64,000 nucleotides of DNA from Octopus sinensis (lineage: Eukaryota), in contig NC_043009.1 in assembly GCF_006345805.1 (NCBI RefSeq), positions 1,426,001 through 1,490,000 of the forward strand. The letters run 5' to 3'. The notes beneath the pieces were generated by a model, which was not told where the DNA came from, made no database searches, and saw nothing but the letters and a program-made list of their open reading frames with translations. Below, piece by piece: positions 36,281 to 49,207 of this stretch (within the stretch, counting starts at the first letter, position 1; each line of letters opens with the position of its first letter). The position numbers and the translations under genes are program-made.

Positions 36281-36699
36281 TTATCTAATTGTAAACAATA
36301 AAAATTTTAACCAATTCTGTGATCTTGTTTTCTCATAGACGTGGATAAACGTAAACAAATGTCTTAAATTTCTTTGAGCAATTTCTTTTTCTATTCACAG
36401 AAAGCTAGGAAAACATTTATTTATATTTGTCTATATGTACCAGATTACACATTGTAGTGATGGTTAAAGTTCTGTATTGTTTACAGTAATGTATTGAGTG
36501 TGAATTTCACTGAAGTCAATTTGGTGCTTTATCATTCCATCAAATATTAAAAAGGGTCGAGTGCAGAGACCTTAGATCTTAGGATCACTTTAGAATGCTT
36601 AGTAATTGTATCTCTATGCTCTAGGTTTGGTTCCTGTCATAATAAATATTCCTCTGTTTGATATCAATAAAATAAGTTACCAGCAACATAGTTACAGGT

Positions 36700-37300
36700 G
36701 AAGGGCATGGCAAGAAGCTCACTTCCCAACCACATGTTTCGTCTACTGTAGCCTCAGGCCAACCAAAGCCTTCTGAGTGGATTTGGTAGATGGAAACTGA
36801 AAGAAGCCCATCGTATGTATATATAGATGTGTGTGTGAGTGTGTGTGTCCCCCAACACCACTTGACAACCAGTGTTGGTGTGTTCCAGTAACTTAACGGT
36901 TTGGCAGAAGAGGCTGATAGAATAAGTGTCAGGCTTAGAAAAAGAATTAAGTACTGGCTTAGATTCATTTGACCAAAATTTCTCCAAGGTGGTGCCCCAG
37001 CATGGCCACAATCTAATGACTAAAACAAGTAAAAGAATAAAAGATTATTATAGCCAAGAGAGAAAACATTGTTAAGTTCTTTTATTTGTTTCAGTAATTT
37101 GACTGTGGCCATGCTGGGGCACCGTCTTTAGTCAAGCAAATTAACCCCGGGACTTATTCTTTGTAAGCCTAGTACTTATTCTATCAGTATCTTTTGCTGA
37201 ACAGCTAAGTTATGGGGGATGTAAACACACCAGCATCAGTTGTCAAGCAATGTGTGTGTGTGTGTGTGTGTGGGGGGGGGGGCAAACACAGAGACACACA
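36700..37300. mobile_element. SINE A1 (+, 36700-37050) and A1 3' half (-, 37075-37300)
   Basis: Standard A1 blocks, tail to tail. Confidence 0.8.
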
Positions 37301-37306
37301 TTTAGC

Positions 37307-37680
37307 AATGGTTCTCAACGAAGGTCCATATGGCCGTTGGGGGTCCATATGACCCTTGGGGGTCCATATAAGATTTTATTAAAATTTATGTGCAATAAAT
37401 TGGTTCTAATTCTAAATACACAAATTATTAAAATTTTTTAAATAAAATTCCTAATAATATTTTATTATAAAAATATAAAATTTCTAACTCTTTAGTATTT
37501 AAACAGGCTGTATCCAGCTCAAATACTCAAGATTTGGCCTCTCACACCTATCCTACCAAGCCATTCTAATAATAATCAATCATATCATTGAAATCTCAAA
37601 GCTATGAGACACTGCATGATTAATTTAAGACAATGTGAATCAATAAACATTATATTTGACAAAATAATGCAATTGACTAA
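37307..37680 (+). mobile_element. hAT-like terminus fragment followed by family F MITE fragment
   Basis: CAATGGTTCTCAAC..GGGGGTCC repeats; GGCCTCTCACACCTATCC..GAAATCTCAAAGCTATGAG. Confidence 0.45.
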
Positions 37681-38050
37681 AGAGGTAAGCATCAAATGAC
37701 TATGGTAAGGAAGCAGGTGCACAGTGGAATAAAACAGGAATCAAAGGAGTCCATAAGTTAAAAAAGGGGTTAAGGAACACTCGCCCATACCCATAAAAGT
37801 GCCTTGTTCTCTCTCTGCCATTTCTACCACTATAATAGTAACCTCTTTCTCAATGCTGTGGGTTTTTTTACCCTCAGTGGTCTTACACCTAAATTTTGGC
37901 CTTATACCTAAATTTGAAACCAATATGTGTGTGTGAGTGTGTGAGTGTGAGTGAGTGTGAGTGTGAGTGTGTGAGTGAGTGTGAGTGAGTGATTTAAAAA
38001 AAAATTACTCATTAGTTTGTTTTGCTGCATGTCATCAATATCGCACACAA

Positions 38051-38103
<53 letters not shown>

Positions 38104-38384
38104 AAGGTTACATCCAGAAGTAGGTCAAAAACCTCAATTTATCATTATGATCAGCGTTCCATGTCAACTGGTAAGTTATTTCAAATACACATCATTGTAG
38201 TAGTAGTGGTAGTAGTGGTGGTGGTAGTAGTAGTAATTGAACCGTGAATAACAAAATAAGCTGTTGAGAGTTGGACAACTGACATCCTTCTAGAGTAGAT
38301 AAAGTATCAGTCAAGTACCAAGATCATTATAATCAACTGGTGTTTCTCTACTCCTACCACAAGATAAAAGAAAAAAACCAGGTC

Positions 38385-38582
38385 ATGGTGCTGATGTTAT
38401 GTTAAAAGCACCTAGTACACTCTATGGAGTGGTTGGCATTAGGAAGGGCATCCAGCTGTAGAAACCAAGCCAAAACAGACAATGGAACCTGATGTGAACC
38501 CTGGCCTTACCAACTCCACTCAAACTGTCCAACCCATGCCAGCATGGAAAATGGACATCAAATGATGATGATGATGATGATG
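38385..38582 (+). mobile_element. RTE LINE 3' tail
   Basis: GGTTGGCATTAGGAAGGGCATCCAGC..CCATGCCAGCATGGAAAATGGAC-(GAT)n. Confidence 0.8.
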
Positions 38583-38679
38583 TACCTATGATGACTGTAA
38601 AGACCCAGATAAAATACTGCTAAGCATTTATCTGACATATTGAGTTTCTCAGCTTGCTGCCCTAATAATAATAATAATA

Positions 38680-39245
38680 ATCCTTTCCATTATAGGCACA
38701 AGGCCTCGATTTTGTAGGGAGCAGGATAGTTGATCACATCACTCCCAGTTCTCAACTGGTACCTAATTTATCAACCCCTGAAAGGATGAAAGGTAAAGTC
38801 AGCCTCAGCAGAATTTGAACTCATTACATAAGGACAGGCAAAATACCACTAAACATGTTGCCCAGAATGTTGGTTTACATTTGAGTTCAAACCTAGCAAT
38901 GTCTGACTTTACGTTTCATCTCCATGGGGTCAATAAAATAAGCATCGTTTGTGATCTGAATTTCATTTAATCAACTCCTTAACTAATGCTCAAAAATAGA
39001 CTTTTATAGTGGAATTCATTATTATTATTATTATTATTATGATTTTTAATAAGGTAATGAGCTGGCAGAATCGTTAGCAATGCTGAGTGGCATTTCATCC
39101 ATCTCTACGTCCTGAGTTCAAATTCTGCTGAGGTCAACTTAACCTTTTCTCCTTTCAGGGTTGATAATATAAGTATCAATTGAACAGATTAATCAACCAT
39201 CCCTGCACTCCTCTAATTTCTGGCCTTGTACCTATAGCAGAAACG

Positions 39246-39287
<42 letters not shown>

Positions 39288-39780
39288 GTGACGTAAGGTA
39301 GCAAGCTTGCAGAACTGTTAGCATGCCAGTCAAAATGCTGAGTGGCATTTCATCTGTCTTTACAATCTGAGTTCAAGTCCTGCTGAGGTGGCATTTGCTT
39401 TTCGTCCTCCTGGGGTCGATAAAATGAGCCCCAGCTGAGCACTGGAGTTAATGGAATCAACTTAACCCCTCCCCCAAACTTGCTGGCCTTGTGTCAAAGT
39501 CTAAAACCATTATCATCATCATCATCATCATCATTATTATTATTATTCAGGTGGCAAGCTGGCAGAATCATTAGCACACTGGACAAAATGATTGCAATAT
39601 TTCACCCATTTTAACATTCTGAGTTCAAGTTCCACCAAGGTTGACTTTGCCTTTCATCCTTTCAGAGTCAATAAATTAAAGTACCAGTGAAACACTGGGG
39701 TCGATGTAATCGACTAGGCCCCCACCTCCAAAATTCAGGCCTTGTGCCTATAATAGAAAGGGTTATCATCATCATCATCT
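38680..39780. mobile_element. SINE B cluster; three head-to-tail plus copies at 39052, 39296, 39549 each preceded by (ATT)n
   Basis: Repeated heads, B boxes and tails. Confidence 0.85.
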
Positions 39781-39874
39781 TTTACATTTGCAGGGACAGT
39801 AAAGAACTATAAAATCAATATTTAATAATGTTCTGCTAAATTTTGAGTTGGATTCCAATGAATATTTATAGAGT

Positions 39875-40090
39875 CTTTTATTCTTTTACTTGTTTCAGTC
39901 ATTTGACTGTGGCCATGCTGGAGCACTGCCTTTAGTCAAACTAATTGACCCCCAGGGCTTATTCTTTCTAAGCCTAGTACTTATTCTATTGGTCTCTTTT
40001 GCCGAACTGCTAAGTTACGGGGATGTAAACACACCAACATCGGTTGTCAAGCAATGGTATAAGGGACAAACACAGACACACACACATACA
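39875..40090 (-). mobile_element. SINE A1 3' half
   Basis: TTGTTTCAGTCATTTGACTGTGGCCATGCTGGAGCAC. Confidence 0.85.
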
Positions 40091-40154
40091 TACACACATA
40101 CATACATACATACATACATACATACATACATACATACACACATACACACATATA

Positions 40155-40340
40155 TATCTCTTATATAAAATCCGTTGTCTGTCTGTCTGTGCGTGTGTCT
40201 TCTAGGATCTCGGGCATCCTCCATCTGATTGCACTCAAATTTGATATGTAGATACTGACAGTATCAGGGCATGTAGAAGTCTTGAAAACATTATAAAAAT
40301 CGATTCCAGGTGAGAATGTGATCGATTAAGTGAATAAAAT
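40155..40340 (+). mobile_element. Helitron/Helentron-derived non-autonomous fragment (tentative)
   Basis: TCTCTTATATAAAA start, TGTCTGTCTGTC microsatellite, GATTGCACTCAAATTTG motif typical of DINE/HINE-like elements. Confidence 0.45.
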
Positions 40341-40590
40341 CGTTTTTCTTTGGAATAGAAAAAAAGTCTATCTCTATTTCTTCTTTTGCTGGTACCTCAA
40401 ATTTAGTTTAAACCAGTGTTTCTCAAAGGGGAGGCCTATGGGACGGTCAGACCAGTAGTTTGGAGAAAATTTGATTTAAATGTTTGACAACTCAACACCG
40501 TCCATTGGACAGGTGGCATTTTGCTCGTGTGTATGTATATATATATATGTGTGTGTGTGTGTGTGGTGTGTGTGTGTGTGTATGTATATA

Positions 40591-40645
<55 letters not shown>

Positions 40646-41507
40646 CAATGGGTTTCTTTCAGTTTCTGTTTACTAAATCCACTCAGAAGACTTTGGTTGG
40701 CCTGAGGATAGAGTAGAAGACACTTACCCAAGTTGCCATGCAGTGGGACTGAACCCAGAACCATGTGGTTGGGAAGCAAGCTTCTTACCACACAGTCACT
40801 CCTCTGCTTATATACTTTACTAAAATACAGAGATAATCAAGTAAGTCTGTCTCAAACCCCTCCTCACACTCACTTCTATAAACATAGTTTATCATAAAAA
40901 TAATGTTCACAAAGGTATTTTCACAACCATTAATAATACGTAACCACACACACACACACACGCACACACATCCATACTGTATGCATATGTATGTAAGTGT
41001 GTTTGTGTGGGTGCGATATATCTGTTGGTTCTGCTACTTAAAAAACAGGTCTATAAAAACCACTTAACTGATAAACTCTGCAACCGTTGTGTGAGAAAAT
41101 CTCTCTTAATTTTGTTTTGTAATTCAGTTTATAATTACCTCAGGTATTTCCTTGGGATCATCTTTAGCAGGAACCTTGCGTGTGTGTGTGTGTGTGTGTG
41201 TATGATCATCATTGTTGTTCTCATGTTTGCTTTTCAATAGTTGCATAGGGCATACACATACATGTAGGCGCAAGCATGGCCATGAAGTTAAGTATGCTTC
41301 CTAACCGCATGAATAAGAGTTCAGTCTCATTGCACAGCACCTTGGGCAAGTGTCTTCAAATGTAGCACCTGTCCAACCAAAGCCTTATGAGTGGATTTGG
41401 TTGATGGAAACTGAAAGAAGCCCATTGTGTGTGTGTGTGTGTGTGTGTGTATACAGGGTGGTCCAAAAGTAGGTTTGCAGTTATTCAACTATCTCCCACA
41501 TTCAGAT

Positions 41508-41800
41508 ATTAATAGTTTAGATCTTAATCATCATCATCATTTAACGTCTGCTTTCCATGCTGGCATGGGTTGGATGGTTTGACTGAGAACTGGTGAGCCA
41601 GAGGTTGCACCAAGCTTAATATTATGATCTGGCAAACTTTCTACAGCTTGATGCCCTTCCTAATGCCAACCACTCTGAGAGTGTAGTGGGTGCTTTTTAC
41701 ATACCACTGTCATGGGCGCCAGTCAGGCGGCACTGGCATCAACCATGTGCGAATAGTGCTTTTTGAGTGCCAGTCAGATTGCACTAGCATCGGCAATAAC
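41508..41800 (-). mobile_element. RTE LINE 3' tail
   Basis: (CAT)n-TTAACGTCTGCTTTCCATGCTGGCATGGGTTGG. Confidence 0.8.
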
Positions 41801-41877
41801 CAAGATTTCACTTGTAGTCGTGGCCAATATTCACAAATTACAAGCACACAATTGTATAATACTCAGCAGACATATTG

Positions 41878-42190
41878 AACAGTTCTATATTTGAGAGATG
41901 AAGAATTATTTACATTATTTACATTTGATGGATACTTGTCCTTGTCTTTTTTCTTGTTAACACGTTTTCGCTGATGTACTATCCCAGCCTTCATCAGGTG
42001 TCCTGGGGGAATTTCAAACCTGGGTTCTCATTCCTCGGATATTTTTCCGATAGTATTATTATCATTATTATTATTATTGTCATTATTCAGGTCACTGCCT
42101 GGAATTGAACTCATTGTACATATATATATATATATATACATACACACATACACGCTTTTAACCACTACGCCATATGCCCATGGGCATATG
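41878..42190 (-). mobile_element. tRNA-headed SINE-like element with hammerhead-like 3' module
   Basis: A box TGGCGTAGTGG (42162-42172), B box GAGTTCAATTCC (42101-42112), (AAT)n linker, then CAC-CTGATGA-AGGCTG..CAGC-GAAAACGTG (41961-42000). Confidence 0.65.
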
Positions 42191-42249
42191 TAGGCATATT
42201 GATGTAGACATGTGCTAATAATTTTATATACTTTAATTAATAATACTCT

Positions 42250-42563
42250 ATATCACTGTGATCACCGTGACCGGCCAGGCTATCAGATGTTGCTACACAT
42301 CGCTGGTCACAATGCGATTCACATTGTGTTAGCCTTCAAATGACACCACCCCACTGGCTAAGCAAGCAAGCCAACAGAAGAAAGAGTGAGAAGAAAGTTG
42401 TGGTGAAAGAGTACAGCAGGGATGCCCCCACCCCTGCCGGAGCCTCGTGGAACTTTAAGCGTTTTCGCTCAATAAACACTCACAACACCCGGTCTGGGAA
42501 TCGAAACCACGATTCTACAACCATGAATCCGCTGCCCTAACCACTGGGCCATTGTGCCTCCAC
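42250..42563 (-). mobile_element. full-length SINE C, tail variant 3, with 10-bp TSD
   Basis: TSD ATAATACTCT at 42240-42249 and 42564-42573; A box TGGCCCAGTGG, B box GTTTCGATTCC. Confidence 0.9.
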
Positions 42564-42569
42564 ATAATA

Positions 42570-42629
<60 letters not shown>

Positions 42630-43993
42630 TATATATATAGTTATATACATACTCTATATATAATTTATATACTCTAATTAATGATTTGAAGGTTATGAAA
42701 AAGCTGTAATCAGATTTCTGTCCTTAGTATTTGAATGGTACTTATTGACCCACCAAAGATGAAAATCAAAATTTGATCTCATTGAAATTTGAAATCAGGA
42801 TGTAACGAACCAGCCCTGCTCGCACAGGAGGCAGACGTGAAATGATGAAAGAAGCAGGACAAATACATGCAAAGCATTTAATTTCCTCTGACCCTAATGA
42901 GGATGACGTGAATAACTTTAATCATTAAGATACTAATAATGGTGACGGTGACGACGTGGTGGTGATGGTGACGGTGATGGTGGTGGTAATGATGGTGGTA
43001 GGGTGATGGTGATAAGGTGTTGGTGGTGTTGATGATGGGAGTAGGGTGATGGTGGCAACGATGACAGTGGTGGGGTGGTGGTACCAATGATTATGGTGGG
43101 GGAGTGGCAACAATGATAGTGGTGGTGGTGACACTGATGATACCGATGATGGTGATGGCAATAGTGATAATGACATTGATAAGGGGAAGAAATGTAAAAG
43201 GACTACAGAAATGATGATTATCAAGAATATGTTAATTACAACAACAACAACCACAGCCAGATAATAGCTCTTTACAACAACAACAACAATAATTAACAAC
43301 AATAATGTTTTTTTAAGCCTCTGTCTAAAAGTTATCATCTAAATCGAAGTGACCTCATCTCATTTCATTATTACCCAGTTTTATTATGGAAGGAAAATCA
43401 AATAAAAAAAAACAGGAATATGGGAAAAATAGCAAAGAAAATAACAAAAAATAGAAACATCCCACCAAAATTTTAAAATAAAAACAAAATGTTTCAAACA
43501 ATCATGTATATATATATATATACACACAAACATTTATACACACACACACACACACACATATATACACACACACATGTACATATATATGTGCGCACACACA
43601 TACACGTATACACATACATACACACACGTATACACACACACACATAATCTTTTCTATTAAAAGTCCAACCATTAAAACCATAAACAATATCGATTGTTCC
43701 AAGTCAAAAGATTTCATTAAATGGCAAATTCCTCAATTAGGTAAGTGGTTGCTAATACCTTTGTCTTCTTAACGTAATGAGTTTAGGTTTGTTCAAGCTT
43801 CCATTTAGAAGATGTGGACAAAGGCGTAGCCAAGTGGTATAGAATTTGCTTTGCAATCAAGGGGTCCTTGGTTTCATTCCCCTGCATTGCATCATAGGCA
43901 AGTATCTTATTATAGACTTGAGTCAATGAGCACTGGATTAACCATTAAGAAAAGTAAGCATGTGCTCAGAACATCAAGGGAAGTGGTGGTGTA

Positions 43994-44087
<94 letters not shown>

Positions 44088-44675
44088 ATATTTAATCCTC
44101 AGGAATGTCAACATTCAGAAAGAATCTCGAATTTTTAAACATAATTCTAGCTCCAACCTGTTTTTGTATTAAATGACCACATCAAACACCCGTACCCATG
44201 TGCACACACTCGTATGCCTGAGGTCCTCTATGATAATAACCAAACACACACACAATCTATAAACATCAACACATCATAAATACGTATATTCCAGATAAAA
44301 ACTGTAAAGGTTGATAACATATTTGAAATTTCTACTCGTTTTGTTTTCATATTTTCTCACAGAAATTATATTGTCTGACATTTTATATTTTCTCATGGAA
44401 AAAAAAAGTCTCAACAACAACAAAAAAATAAGTAAATATTAAAATATAAAAGAAAAAATTGTGAAAGAAGGTAAAATCATAAAACCCGACATTTCATAAG
44501 CTTTACACATAAATTGCTGCTGTGTGTTGCCTTTAAGTGAAAATTTAAGCTGTTATATATTCAATAATAATTATTATTATTTCTCCGTAAAAGAAAACAT
44601 TATTTAAAAAATATATAAAATTAAATAGTGATAACACCATTGTTCTTATCATTATTATTATTATTATTATCATTA

Positions 44676-45140
44676 AGGTGGTGGGTTAGCAGAATCATTC
44701 GCGCACCAGACAAAATGCTCAATGGTATTTGCTGCGAGCTGACAGAAATGTTAGCACGCCGAGCGAAATGCTCAGCGGTATTTCATCTGCTGCTACGTTC
44801 TGAGTTCAAATTCCGCTGAGGTCGACTTTGCCTTTCATCCTTTTGAGGTGGATAAATTAAGTACCAGTTACGCACTGGGGTCGATATAATCAACTTAATC
44901 CGTTTGTCTTTCCTTGTTTGTCCTCTCTATGTTTAGCTCCTTGTGGGTAGTAAAGAAATAGGTATTTCATCCACCTTTACATTCCGATTTCAAATTCTGC
45001 TGAGGTCAACTTTGCTTTTCATCCTTTCAGGGTCAATAAATTAAGCACCAGTCAAATAATGGGGTTTGATGTAATCAACTAGTCCCCTCCCCAAGAATTT
45101 CAGGCCTTGTGCCTATAGTAGAAAGGGTTATTATAATTAT
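44676..45140 (+). mobile_element. SINE B (tail 1) nested inside an older SINE B at GGTATTT
   Basis: Old head 44676-44730, inserted copy to about 44966, old body resumes; GGTATTT on both sides. Confidence 0.8.
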
Positions 45141-46304
45141 TATTATTGCTATGGCATTGAGGTAGATCCGGCCACCCCCATTAACGGGGACAAACCTGGA
45201 TTTAAAACACTGGATGATTATTATTATTATTATTATTATTATTCAAGTTAACTGTAAATTGTCATGTTTTACAGAGCTCTACGTATATTTTCCACTAAGA
45301 TTATTGCCTGGAAAACCGCTATTTTGAAGAGAAAGTGAGTTGTTTCTGCTGTCAAAAGGGATCTGAACATCTACCCCCTTACCTGGGACAGCAGAAAAAT
45401 GTTATCTTTAGACATTTTAAATCTGTTTATATATTTCTGAGAAGCAGCCATTTGCAATATTCACCTCATTACAATGTGCCTCAAATGCAATAGTAAGAAG
45501 TGCCACAGTGGTGGCAGGCATGAACAAGTAAGCCTTAAAATTATTCTAAATAAATAGATAAACAAACATTAAACCCAGAATTTCCAAATTAAAAACATAT
45601 GTACAATAGAAGATATGGCAAAAAGGAGTGTTGCAAACAATCTTGATAATAAAAAACAAAAACATTATGAACATTGTTGCCAACAACAACAATATTCTAA
45701 CATTTTCGAATGTTGTGGGATAAAAGGAATGATTTAGGTTGAGCCCAACACAAGGAAAAGGAGAAGAAGCAGGTGAGATGTATCACAAAGGTCAATACCT
45801 CCTTTCCCAATGGAAGAGCAAGGAGGAAGGTGACATACTCAAAAAATAGTGAAGGCTTCCCTCTGCTATGAAAGGCAGAGTTAAAGAAGACTGGTTTGTG
45901 TGTGCTCCATCAAATGGGACAAAGCTTGTGGAAATGTGTGCTTTGTTCTTGAAGGATGAAGTAAGGAGACTGGTGGAGTCTGTACACCACAGAACTGCAT
46001 TCAGGCTCTCGTTATGGCACATGGCCCTCAGAAACGCTGTTGACTTGTGGAGAGATGCAGCCTACAATGATAATGGTCTGTGAAGAAATCCAAGTCATGA
46101 TAACCCCTGAAGATACAAAGCCAAGCTGTATCATTGAGCCCGATGCTCAACTGGTAGTGATTTCATCAACACTCTGAAAGGATGAAGGGCAAAATCAACC
46201 TTGGCAGAACTTGAATTCAGAATGTGAAGATGAAAGAAATGCAGCTAAACATTTTCTCCAGTGAATTAATGATTCTGCCAGCTCACCACCCAAGTAGCAG
46301 TAGT

Positions 46305-46950
46305 AGAAAGCCGTGGGAACACAAAAACCCACTCCCTAGTGCTTGAAAATAATCATGTCTCACTCCTATGGAACTTTTCTGTTGAAACTGACAGAAAGTT
46401 AGTTGCAAATAGACCAGATATCATATTGAAGGGTTTCAGATGAAAATCATGCCTCCTTATCGATATGACTGTCCTGATTGATATAAATGTATCTGTCAAG
46501 ACCTGCCAAAAGTTAAGTGAATACAAAAATCTTGAAATAGAATTTAGCAAAGTGTAGAAACTAAAGACTAGAGCAATACCTGTGGTTGTAGGGACCCTTA
46601 GAATAACAGCAAAAGGAACTGATTGTTACCCAAGGGAAGTTAAAAAAGGAAGAAATTCAGAAAATTGTATTCTTGGAGATTGATCATATCCTATGAAAAA
46701 TACCATCTATATAATTCCCAAAACAACCTTTCTTTTGTTTTCACATTTTCTAAAACAATATTTCTTACAAATTAAAAATAATGAAAACACAAATTCCTCT
46801 CACCAAACTACATTTTTTTCTCCACAAAACATCGCAGTTATCAACCATCTTAGTCCTAATGCCTACTTGAACTTATAACTTGAGGTCTCTTGAGATCTCT
46901 GGGCAATTCTTGGATTCAGGTTGTACAAATACCAAGCCAAATCCAAAGAA
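46305..46950 (+). mobile_element. decayed R4/Dong-type LINE 3' fragment, related to 33876-35467
   Basis: Clear nucleotide similarity to 34860-35460 (CTCACTCCT.TGGAACTT, GCAAATAG.CCAGA.ATCATATTG, GATATGACTGTCC); many stops. Confidence 0.85.
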
Positions 46951-48239
46951 GAAAATGTGACCAACTCTGATTAATTGAAGCTGGAAGTACGCAGGCTGTG
47001 AGCAATGAGTGGAGGTAATTAGCTCGCTTGGAAGTATCAGCACTCAACCATCAACATGGATCGAAAAGATTGGTACAAATGTAAAGACAGAAAAACCTAC
47101 AAAAGTCACCATTGCTTGGAACTACAAGAGTTCTTCCACAGGGATTTTTAAGCATGATCAATAAACACGTGTCACCGTAGTCTGCTGGCTGTGAGCAGCT
47201 GGCTCTTTCCATTATACCCACCAAAATAAGCTGAAAGTTTTCAGGAAATTATTATTATTATTAATATTTAATTCTGCATAATTTAAATGTTATTAGCTTT
47301 GCTCTTTACCAAATGTAAAAAGTTAACCAACACCCAGAGCAACAGAAAATATCTTCATAAAATGAGAAAAAGATCACTGCTACACACACATAGTTGTACA
47401 CGTGAACACATACATACTGTCATACACGTGAGCATACACACCTACATACAGAGAGTTGAACATGTGAGCACAGACACCCACGTATACAACAATGTGGTAC
47501 ATGTGAACATACATGCTCATACATAAAGAACCTACAGAGATAATTGAGATATACATAAAGACATTTCTTCAGAGTTACAGAAATTGGGAAACGCTCACAC
47601 ACACACACGTCAAAACTGAGATAAACACACACACACGTGTAAATGCTTGGAAACAAATGCACAAAAAACGAGTTTATTAAGCTTTATTGTTTAAAGAGGC
47701 CTACAACAATAACAACAACAGTAGCAGCAGCAGCAGCACAAGAACACTTTAAATGATCTTGAGAAAAAAAATATTTTACTCAACTTAGTGAACCTCCAAG
47801 AAGTGGACAAACAACTAGATTGTTGCCTGATTCTAATTTGACTCCTGCTTCTAACAAAGACAATGACAAGCTTTTTTCTGTCTGTCTGTCTATATTCCTA
47901 ACCATCTGCTTATCTATGGACAAACCAGTCTGTGTCCATCCATCTATTTTCTTAAGGCTCCTCACACATCTGTCGGTCAGGCAATCTATTTGTCTATCAA
48001 TCCCACCATCCATCCGTCCATGTACCTAACAACCTATCTACCTGTCCTTCATTTGTCCTAATGTTTCGGAGTTCAAATTGTGCTGAGGTTGACTTTGCCT
48101 TTCATCCTTTTGAGGTTGATAAAATAAGTACCAGTTGAATACTGGGGTCAATATAATCAACTTATCCCCTCCCCCATAATTGCTGGCTTTGTGCCAAAAT
48201 TTGAAATTATTATTATTATTATTATTATTAATATCATCA

Positions 48240-48362
48240 TCATTGAGAAAGACACTGGGGTACAAATATACGAAGCCCAGTATACCCATCATGACTACCC
48301 GCCTGATAAGGGTACACCAGACACATGCATCACAACCATATGTACGCGACATGGTGATCTCA
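48240..48362 (-). mobile_element. family H 3' fragment attached to the (ATT)n tail of a SINE B (48045-48230)
   Basis: GAAGCCCAGTATACCCATCATGACTACCCG..ATGCATCACAACCATATG. Confidence 0.8.
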
Positions 48363-48452
48363 TAGAAACAAAAGAATGAAAGAGACCTCGATATTATGTA
48401 AATAGAGGAATTTATCTATAAATGTAATATGTGACAATTATTTGGTAGCCAT

Positions 48453-48513
48453 GATAAAACTCCGAGTTTCGGATGTTGGGGTGGAAATCCAAGCCGCCAT
48501 CTCTTCAGTTATC
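48453..48513 (-). ncRNA. type I hammerhead motif, left arm
   Basis: GATAA-CTGAAGA-GATG..CATC-C-GAAAC-TCGGAGT-T-TTATC on the minus strand. Confidence 0.6.
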
Positions 48514-48572
48514 TGGCCATCGGAAAAATGCTATGATTTTTTTTGTTTTTCATAGCATTTTTCTGATGGCCG

Positions 48573-48633
48573 GATAACTGAAGAGATGGTGGCATGGATT
48601 TCCATTCCGACATCTGAAACTTGGAGTTTTATC
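48573..48633 (+). ncRNA. type I hammerhead motif, right arm
   Basis: GATAA-CTGAAGA-GATG..CATC-T-GAAAC-TTGGAGT-T-TTATC; core intact, wobble changes in stems. Confidence 0.55.
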
Positions 48634-48744
48634 ATGGTTACCAAATAATTGTCACATATTACATTTACAGATATAAGAAGCCATGTCTGGCCACTTTAAA
48701 AAGAAAACTGATAAAAAACTAAAAAGAAAAAAAAAACAGCACTT

Positions 48745-49062
48745 TGTCAGCTACAACAATGAGTGTCTCAGTTGGTCCAATCAATGGAACAGCCTGTTTG
48801 TGAAATTAACATGCAAGTGGCTGAGCACTCCACAGACATGTGTACCCTCAACATAGTTCTCCAGGAGATTCAGCAGGACACAGAGTGTGACAAGGGCTGG
48901 TCCTTTGAAATACAGGTACTACTCATTTTTGCCAGCTGAGTGGACTGGAGCAACATGAAATAAAGTGACTTGCTCAAGGACACAATGAATCACCAGGAAT
49001 TGAACTCATGACTTTACGATCATGAGCCGAATACCCTAACCACTAAGCCATGTGCCTTCACT
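48745..49062 (-). mobile_element. tRNA-derived SINE D
   Basis: A box TGGCTTAGTGG, B box GAGTTCAATTCC, then GTGTCCTTGAGCAAGTCACTTT..CTCCAGTCCACTCAGCTG central domain. Confidence 0.8.
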
Positions 49063-49167
49063 TAGAATAAAGAACACAAAGCTAAGGTAGAAAATATATA
49101 AAGATATTTCATCTTTAATTGTTATTATGACAAAATATATTTTGTTGGAATAATGATTATGGATTAA

Positions 49168-49207
<40 letters not shown>

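Larger units (their letters stand above)
48362..48672. mobile_element. fold-back element with a hammerhead motif in each arm (copy 2)
   Basis: Arms about 48415-48536 and 48550-48672; tail on the left is the reverse complement of 11673-11735. Confidence 0.8.

Noticed and set aside
45730-46090. Coding-looking ORF 45868-46083
   Set aside because: No recognisable motif; may be a decayed TE, but cannot be supported without a search.
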